Notes under the pieces: generated by a model | Seen by the model: only the letters and a program-made list of their open reading frames with translations | What the model was told of the DNA's origin: nothing | Databases searched by the model: none | Program-made: the position numbers and the translations under genes | IMG/VR virus record: IMGVR_UViG_3300042940_001739 | Source: a virus | Taxonomy: Duplodnaviria > Heunggongvirae > Uroviricota > Caudoviricetes | Length of the DNA: 64,000 nt | Reading direction: 5' to 3' (one strand) | In this document: in pieces, positions 58,693 through 64,000 of the stretch | Position numbering within the stretch: the stretch's first letter is position 1 | Layout of the letters: every line of letters starts with the position of its first letter

Positions 58693-58752
58693 GTTATCGG
58701 CCGCAAGGAAGTAGGCATATACACGGCATAAGTGTATGTATCTAACCGTAAC
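58693..58752 (+). ncRNA. Candidate structured cis-RNA in 5' UTR of fibre gene
   Basis: GTTA(T)CGG/CCGTAAC closing stem, CC-GCAA-GG GNRA hairpin, ATATACAC/GTGTATGT hairpin. Confidence 0.45.
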
Positions 58753-58769
58753 AATAAAGGAATATAAGT

Positions 58770-60458
58770 ATGCCCTCATGGAAAAAAGTCATAGTATCAG
58801 GTTCTGATGCCTCTCTGAATTCAATAACTACCCCTGCAGGTACAATCAACAGTATTACAGCATCATATGCAACAAATGCTTTAACTGCATCATATACTCC
58901 CGCAATTGCAGGTACAGACAATTATATACCTAAATTCAATGGTTCAAGTGCACTAGAAAATAGTGTAATGTATGATGATGGTACTAATATTGGTATTAGT
59001 ACTACTAGTCCTACAGAAAAACTTACAGTATCTGGTAATATTTCAGGTAGTGCTAAATTAACCATAGGAACATCCCACACCAACTCAGGAACATTATCCT
59101 CGATTGCCGGTGGTACTGGAAATATAGCATCAGGAAACTGTTCATTTATCGGTGGTGGTCAACAAAATACTGCATCTGGTGATACTTCAACAGTTAGTGG
59201 TGGATATCGCAATACAGCATCTGGTTATTATTCAACAGTAGGTGGTGGTGCTCAAAACACAGCATCTTGTAATAATTCAACAGTAGGTGGTGGTTTTTTT
59301 AACACAGCATCTAATTATAATTCAACAGTAGGTGGTGGTGTTTTTAACACAGCATCTGGTAATCGTTCAACAGTAGGTGGTGGATATAATAATATAGCAT
59401 CTGGTTATTATTCAACAGTAGGTGGTGGTGGAGGTAACACAGCATCTTGTACTTATTCAACAGTAGGTGGTGGATCTGGCAACACAGCATCTGGTTATTG
59501 TTCAACAGTTAGTGGCGGATATTGCAATACAGCATCTGGTTATTGGTCAACAGTTAGTGGTGGATATTGCAATACAGCATCTAGTACTAATTCAACAGTA
59601 GGTGGTGGTAATACTAACACAGCATCTAGTTTTAATTCAACAGTAAGCGGAGGTACATACAACACAGCATCTTGTAATAATTCAACAGTAGGTGGTGGTT
59701 TTTTTAACACAGCATCTGGTTATAGTTCAACAATAAGCGGAGGTGCAAACAACACAGCATCTAGTTATAATTCAACAGTAGGTGGTGGTGGAGGTAACAC
59801 AGCATCTAACTCATATGCAACAATAAGTGGTGGTCGTTCAAACACAGCATCTGAGTATAGTTCAACAGTAGGTGGTGGATATAATAATATAGCATCTGGT
59901 TATTATTCAACAGTAGGTGGTGGAGTTTTTAACACAGCATCTGGTACTCGTTCAACAGTAGGTGGTGGAAGAACTAATACAGCATCTAGTATTAATTCAA
60001 CAGTTAGTGGTGGATATTGCAATACAGCATCTGGTTATTTATCAACAATAAGTGGTGGTCGTTCAAACATAGCATCTGGTTATAATTCAACAGTTAGTGG
60101 TGGATATTGCAATACAGCATCTAGTTATTGGTCAACAGTTAGTGGTGGTCATTCAAACACAGCTTCTAATTATTTTTCAACAGTTAGTGGTGGAAAATCT
60201 AACACAGCATCTGCTAATTATTCAACAGTTAGTGGTGGTTATACCAATACTGCTTCAGGAACATATTCAGGTATTTTAGGTGGGTGCGGAAATACTGCAT
60301 CATGTGCCTGTTCGTTTATAGTGGGTACACAGATTACAACAGATAGAGTTTGCACAACATTTGTAAATAATCTTTCTATTAAAAATGTCCCAACATCTGC
60401 AGCTGGTTTGCCTGCTGGTTCTGTTTGGTCTAATGGTGGAGTTTTAAATATTGTCTAA
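58770..60458 (+). CDS. Tail fibre/adhesin with YadA-head-like 15-aa repeats
   Basis: MPSWKKVIVSGS N-terminus; 27 x S(T)V(G/S)GGxxNTASxxx; C-terminal PTSAAGLPAGSVW. Confidence 0.85.
   Translation: MPSWKKVIVSGSDASLNSITTPAGTINSITASYATNALTASYTPAIAGTDNYIPKFNGSSALENSVMYDDGTNIGISTTSPTEKLTVSGNISGSAKLTIGTSHTNSGTLSSIAGGTGNIASGNCSFIGGGQQNTASGDTSTVSGGYRNTASGYYSTVGGGAQNTASCNNSTVGGGFFNTASNYNSTVGGGVFNTASGNRSTVGGGYNNIASGYYSTVGGGGGNTASCTYSTVGGGSGNTASGYCSTVSGGYCNTASGYWSTVSGGYCNTASSTNSTVGGGNTNTASSFNSTVSGGTYNTASCNNSTVGGGFFNTASGYSSTISGGANNTASSYNSTVGGGGGNTASNSYATISGGRSNTASEYSSTVGGGYNNIASGYYSTVGGGVFNTASGTRSTVGGGRTNTASSINSTVSGGYCNTASGYLSTISGGRSNIASGYNSTVSGGYCNTASSYWSTVSGGHSNTASNYFSTVSGGKSNTASANYSTVSGGYTNTASGTYSGILGGCGNTASCACSFIVGTQITTDRVCTTFVNNLSIKNVPTSAAGLPAGSVWSNGGVLNIV
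59097..60311 (+). repeat. Coding tandem repeat, 27 x 45 bp
   Basis: Constant blocks TCAACAGT(A/T)(G/A)GTGG and AA(C/T)ACAGCATCT alternating with 6-nt and 9-nt variable blocks. Confidence 0.9.
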
Positions 60459-60513
60459 AACAATTTGGATATTTAAAAAATAATTCTTATATTGTAGTTA
60501 TATTAAATTTGTT

Positions 60514-61410
60514 ATGGAAAAAAAATATTCAATTTTTCACATTGAAGGTGGTTTAGGAAAACATATTGCAGCAACTGCTGTTGCACGTTGTATTAAGAAA
60601 AATCATCCCGATCGTGAACTTATCATAGTTTGTGCTTACCCACAACCCTTTTTAAATTTAGATTTTGTGTCTCGTGTATATAGAATAGGTACTACACCAT
60701 ATTTCTATAAAGATTATATTGAAGAAAAAGATTCACTTATATTCAAACACGAACCGTATTTCACAACAGAACATATCCATAAAACACTTCCACTAATTGA
60801 AAATTGGTGCAAGTTATATAATTTGAAATATAATGGTGAACAACCTGAAATTATATTTAACAATAGAGAATTACAAAAATATCGCCAAATATGGCGTTCT
60901 GAAAAACCTGTATTTGTAATCCAATCAAATGGAGGTCTGTTAGCTACAGACAGTGGTTTACCATATAGATGGACTAGAGATATTCCATTTAACGTTACTC
61001 AAGCAATAGTAAATCGTTATAAAGAAGATTACACAATTTATCAAATTACTCGCCCAGGATCCCCAGTAGCACCAGGAGCAATTCAAGTTTCACATGAAAT
61101 GACTTCAATGGAACTACTTTCTGTATTGTTGTACTCAGAAAAACGATTATTAATTGATTCTTCTTTACAACATGCCGCAGCTGCTTTAAATTTACCTTCA
61201 ACTGTATTGTGGGTTGGAACATCACCAAAAGTATTTGGATATGATCTACACGATAATATTGTTGCTGAAATTCCTGAAAATCAAAAACTTCCAGATAGTT
61301 ATTTCTTTGACTATGATTTTGAAGGTCAAGTTCATGACTATCCATTTATAGAAGAAGAAATATTTGATTTAGATACAATTACAAAATCACTAACAAGACA
61401 AAGTTTATAA
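60514..61410 (+). CDS. Glycosyltransferase (GT-B, GT9-like)
   Basis: IEGGLGKHIAATAV N-terminus; LLIDSSLQHAAAALNLPSTVLWVGT. Confidence 0.7.
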   Translation: MEKKYSIFHIEGGLGKHIAATAVARCIKKNHPDRELIIVCAYPQPFLNLDFVSRVYRIGTTPYFYKDYIEEKDSLIFKHEPYFTTEHIHKTLPLIENWCKLYNLKYNGEQPEIIFNNRELQKYRQIWRSEKPVFVIQSNGGLLATDSGLPYRWTRDIPFNVTQAIVNRYKEDYTIYQITRPGSPVAPGAIQVSHEMTSMELLSVLLYSEKRLLIDSSLQHAAAALNLPSTVLWVGTSPKVFGYDLHDNIVAEIPENQKLPDSYFFDYDFEGQVHDYPFIEEEIFDLDTITKSLTRQSL

Positions 61411-62225
61411 TGCAAAAGTTATTTTTTCAATCATCCTTGCCTAGAGCAGGATCAACCCTATTACAAAATATTATAGGACAAAACCCCGATTTTTATGTTA
61501 CACCAACCTCTGGTGTTCTAGAACTCGTTTATGCTGCACGTAACAACTATTCAACCTCAGCTGAATTCAAAGCACAAGATTCTGATTTGATGCGAGAAGG
61601 ATTTAAACAATTCTGCCATGATGGCGTTACTGGTTTTTTTAAAGCAGTAACAGACAAACCATATGTAATGGACAAAAGTAGAGGATGGGGCTATCATAGA
61701 GATTTCCTAGATTTCTTCTACCCAGATCCAAAAATTGTATGCATGATTCGGGATCCTAGAGCTATATTTTCTTCTATGGAAAAAAACTTTAGAAAAAACC
61801 CCGAACAAGACAAAGGTATAGTTAACCATGCAGAGATGGCAGGTGTAACCACTGAACAACGCATTGATACATGGGCAGCAGGTGTTCCGGTAGGAATGTC
61901 ACTACAGCGTTTATATCAAATAGTAAAAGAAGGAAATGACCAAAAAATGCTATTTGTAAAATATGAAGATCTAATGAAAAACCCACAAGGCGAAATGGAT
62001 CGAATCTACAAATATTTAGATATTCCTTCATATACCCATAACTTTGATAATATCCAACAAATTACCCAAGAAGATGATGAAATATATGGTGCATATGGAG
62101 ACCATACAATTAAACCAAAATTAACCCCAGTAAAACCAGATTGGAACGAAGTACTAGGAAAAAGTGCAGCTGCATGGATTCGTAGTAATTATACATGGTT
62201 CTACGAATATTTCGGATACGTATAA
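61410..62225 (+). CDS. PAPS-dependent sulfotransferase
   Basis: SSLPRAGSTLL 5'-PSB loop; IVCMIRDPRAIFSS 3'-PB; FVKYEDL. Confidence 0.9.
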   Translation: MQKLFFQSSLPRAGSTLLQNIIGQNPDFYVTPTSGVLELVYAARNNYSTSAEFKAQDSDLMREGFKQFCHDGVTGFFKAVTDKPYVMDKSRGWGYHRDFLDFFYPDPKIVCMIRDPRAIFSSMEKNFRKNPEQDKGIVNHAEMAGVTTEQRIDTWAAGVPVGMSLQRLYQIVKEGNDQKMLFVKYEDLMKNPQGEMDRIYKYLDIPSYTHNFDNIQQITQEDDEIYGAYGDHTIKPKLTPVKPDWNEVLGKSAAAWIRSNYTWFYEYFGYV

Positions 62226-62246
62226 TATATATAAATAAAAGACAAT

Positions 62247-62567
62247 ATGACAACAGGATGGACAATTCCCGGTATGAAACGCTTAACCGATGATGGTTTA
62301 GTAGTACAAGCAACTTATATCTTTCAAGCACAGGAAGGTAATTTTATTAATAGAAAAGTAGGTGATATGACATTTACTGGAAGTGTAGATGAGCCTGGCT
62401 ATATCCCCTATGAGGATCTTACTCAAGATGATGTATTGAATTGGGTATTTACTAGATTAGGAGATGAAAAAGCAGCTATTGAAGCAGATGTTACTTTAGC
62501 TACTGAAACACAATATTCCGCGTCATTAAATAATCCATACTCAAACGGAGTTCCTTGGAACAATTAA
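62247..62567 (+). CDS. Small tail-associated hypothetical protein
   Basis: YIPYEDLTQDDVLNWV...GVPW motif typical of phage fibre-region proteins. Confidence 0.6.
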   Translation: MTTGWTIPGMKRLTDDGLVVQATYIFQAQEGNFINRKVGDMTFTGSVDEPGYIPYEDLTQDDVLNWVFTRLGDEKAAIEADVTLATETQYSASLNNPYSNGVPWNN

Positions 62568-62585
62568 TACAAAATTTAAATAGTT

Positions 62586-63056
62586 ATGATTTATTGGTTT
62601 ACCGGACAGCCTGGAGCAGGTAAAACTGTTTTAGCAACTGCTCTAAAACAAGAAATGGACAATACTTTCCACATTGATGGAGATGATTTACGTGCCATTT
62701 TTGACAACAAAGATTATAGTGAAACTGGTAGAAGAAAAAATATTGAGCTAGCGCAACAACTAGCTCATTTTCTTTACAATAAAGGAAACAACGTAGTTGT
62801 ATCCCTTGTTTCACCATACAAAGATCAACGTGAAGAATTTAAAACAAAACTTGGAGATTCAATCAAAGAGTTTTATGTTCACACTACTGAAATACGAGGA
62901 CGAGAAAATTTCCATGTTGAAAACTATCAACAACCAACAGAAAATTATCTTGATATAGATACTACAAATATTTCCATTGAAGAATGTTTAAACAAAATTA
63001 AAAGTTATGCAAAATTGGACCAAGAAAGTACACGTACAATCATCCCTACAATCTAA
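62586..63056 (+). CDS. cysC: Adenylyl-sulfate (APS) kinase
   Basis: WFTGQPGAGKT P-loop, IDGDDLR, GRRKNI, VSLVSPY. Confidence 0.88.
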   Translation: MIYWFTGQPGAGKTVLATALKQEMDNTFHIDGDDLRAIFDNKDYSETGRRKNIELAQQLAHFLYNKGNNVVVSLVSPYKDQREEFKTKLGDSIKEFYVHTTEIRGRENFHVENYQQPTENYLDIDTTNISIEECLNKIKSYAKLDQESTRTIIPTI

Positions 63057-63411
63057 ACCAAACCAATACTCTTTATTTATTGGTCGTTGGCAACCATTAC
63101 ATGATGGGCATAAAGCTCTATTCCAACAAGCTTTAGATGAAGGAAAAAATGTTTGGATTGCAATCCGAGATGTTGAAACAACTGAATCAAACCCATTTGA
63201 TGCTCAAGAAGTACTTAAAAATATTGAAACCGAATACAAAGAATTATGCGATCAAGACAGAGTTAAAGTTAGCATCATCCCTGACATATGTTCAGTGGAG
63301 TTTGGTAGAGGAGTTGGCTATGATATCATTGAACATATACCTCCCACACAGATAGCTGAAATATCAGCAACAAAAGTAAGAGAACAAATGCGTAAAGAAG
63401 GTAAACTATGA
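63007..63411 (+). CDS. HIGH-family nucleotidyltransferase (cytidyltransferase/NadM-like; possible minimal ATP sulfurylase)
   Basis: FIGRWQPLHDGH, GRGVGY, ISATKVR. Confidence 0.8.
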   Translation: MQNWTKKVHVQSSLQSKPNQYSLFIGRWQPLHDGHKALFQQALDEGKNVWIAIRDVETTESNPFDAQEVLKNIETEYKELCDQDRVKVSIIPDICSVEFGRGVGYDIIEHIPPTQIAEISATKVREQMRKEGKL

Positions 63412-63629
63412 GAGAAGATAAAAAACATGCAATGGTCCGCCATATATTAAAAACACTTTCTTATCGTATTTTAGGTACATTAACAACAGTGTTTGTTGCT
63501 TATTCATTAGGTGTATCACTCGAATTATCTTCATTGCTTGGTGTAGGAGAATTATTAATTAAACCTGTATTATATTTTTTCCATGAACGCATTTGGTACA
63601 AATATATTCGAATAGGAAATAAAAAATAG
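63408..63629 (+). CDS. DUF2061 membrane protein
   Basis: RHILKTLSYRILGT...KPVLYFFHERIW. Confidence 0.85.
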   Translation: MREDKKHAMVRHILKTLSYRILGTLTTVFVAYSLGVSLELSSLLGVGELLIKPVLYFFHERIWYKYIRIGNKK

Positions 63630-63678
63630 CATTTTTCCGGTTTCTCATATATTTATAAATAAATAAAAACATTTAAAA

Positions 63679-63750
63679 ATGGCTTTACAAGTAACAGGAT
63701 CTTTTAGATTATCAAACGGTACATTTGAAATTGACGTTATTGAAGAATAA
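63679..63750 (+). pseudogene. 23-codon mini-ORF, possibly a deletion remnant
   Basis: MALQVTGSFRLSNGTFEIDVIEE* between late-type motif (63649) and terminator (63765). Confidence 0.4.
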
Positions 63751-63764
63751 TTCAAAATCAAATC

Positions 63765-63792
63765 AGCGAGTTAGAAATGGCTCGCTTTTTTT
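63765..63792 (+). terminator. Intrinsic terminator
   Basis: AGCGAG-10 nt-CTCGCT followed by T tract. Confidence 0.8.
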
Positions 63793-63851
63793 GTGGGCAT
63801 ACATTTGGAAACATGTAATTATTTTTATATAATATAATGAAAGGACAACTT

Positions 63852-64000
63852 ATGACAACAACATCAAGAAAACTAGATAAAGAACATCTAGAATCACTTC
63901 AAAATCTGCGAGAATCGTTTGCTAAGAATGCGTCTCAACTAGGTAGCGTAGCATTGGAACAAATGGCTATGATTCGTCGATTAGACTTCTTAAACGCAGA
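63852..64000 (+). CDS. Hypothetical helical protein, 3'-truncated
   Basis: MTTTSRKLDKEHLESLQ... open to window end; TTGG-N19-TATAAT at 63805. Confidence 0.65.
   Translation, partial: MTTTSRKLDKEHLESLQNLRESFAKNASQLGSVALEQMAMIRRLDFLNA

Noticed and set aside
59097-60311. Repeat/variable alternation resembling a CRISPR array
   Set aside because: Period is 45 nt, fully in frame inside a CDS; variable parts are only 6 and 9 nt; no cas genes or leader
59097-60311. Diversity-generating retroelement target
   Set aside because: No reverse transcriptase or TR/VR pair in the window; differences are not confined to adenines
641-62331. Numerous short antisense or nested ORFs in the supplied track (e.g. 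641-931, 7685-7966, 47934-48242, 52530-52925)
   Set aside because: All overlap well-supported genes and show shadow-type composition with no independent signals
1-64000. Stop-codon reassignment as seen in some large Bacteroidota phages
   Set aside because: Core genes are full length in code 11, and TAG and TGA are both used as genuine stops (e.g. 5075, 1180, 10575)
1-64000. tRNA/tmRNA genes
   Set aside because: No cloverleaf found in the intergenic gaps; GGTTCGA at about 51845 lies inside a CDS

Overview
AT-rich, gene-dense 64-kb segment of a large T4-like (myovirus-type) phage, most likely a freshwater jumbo phage of Bacteroidota/Flavobacteriia. The host inference rests on a DUF4494-like gene, TTG-N18/19-TATAWT promoters and a bS21 gene inside the head module, an arrangement known from freshwater Bacteroidetes 'bS21 phages'. 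Layout: 1-3.7 kb small early-type genes including a SAM methyltransferase; 3.8-8.3 kb a minus-strand island of proteins sharing an 'MxxL..L.E' leader; 8.3-11.6 kb UV endonuclease, HD hydrolase and a gp55-like sigma factor; 12-26 kb baseplate and structural genes; 26-28.5 kb a leader-bearing protein kinase and a MORN/SH3b protein; 28.5-33.3 kb endonuclease I, primase and a fused Mre11-Rad50; 33-39 kb a tail protein and an NTase/RNase-like/ligase-like multi-domain protein; 41-50.5 kb terminase, portal, protease, bS21, scaffold and major capsid; 50.9-54.5 kb PhoH and neck; 54.5-60.5 kb tail fibres; 60.5-63.6 kb glycosyltransferase, sulfotransferase, APS kinase, HIGH NTase and DUF2061. The standard genetic code fits, and no tRNA, CRISPR array, intron or intein was seen. 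Best leads: (1) a possible ribosome-reprogramming system (SD-less phage bS21, an adjacent bS6/ACT-fold protein, AAGGA(G) SD motifs on many late genes, structured capsid-operon leader); (2) a phage-encoded PAPS-synthesis/sulfation/glycosylation cluster beside the tail fibres; (3) candidate virion-packaged cargo proteins with protease-cleavable leaders (kinase, NTase-RNase-ligase polyprotein, membrane-active proteins); (4) a late promoter that is the reverse complement of the T4 late box, paired with terminators sharing a TTTTACT tail. All family assignments come from motif recognition by eye, not from database searches.
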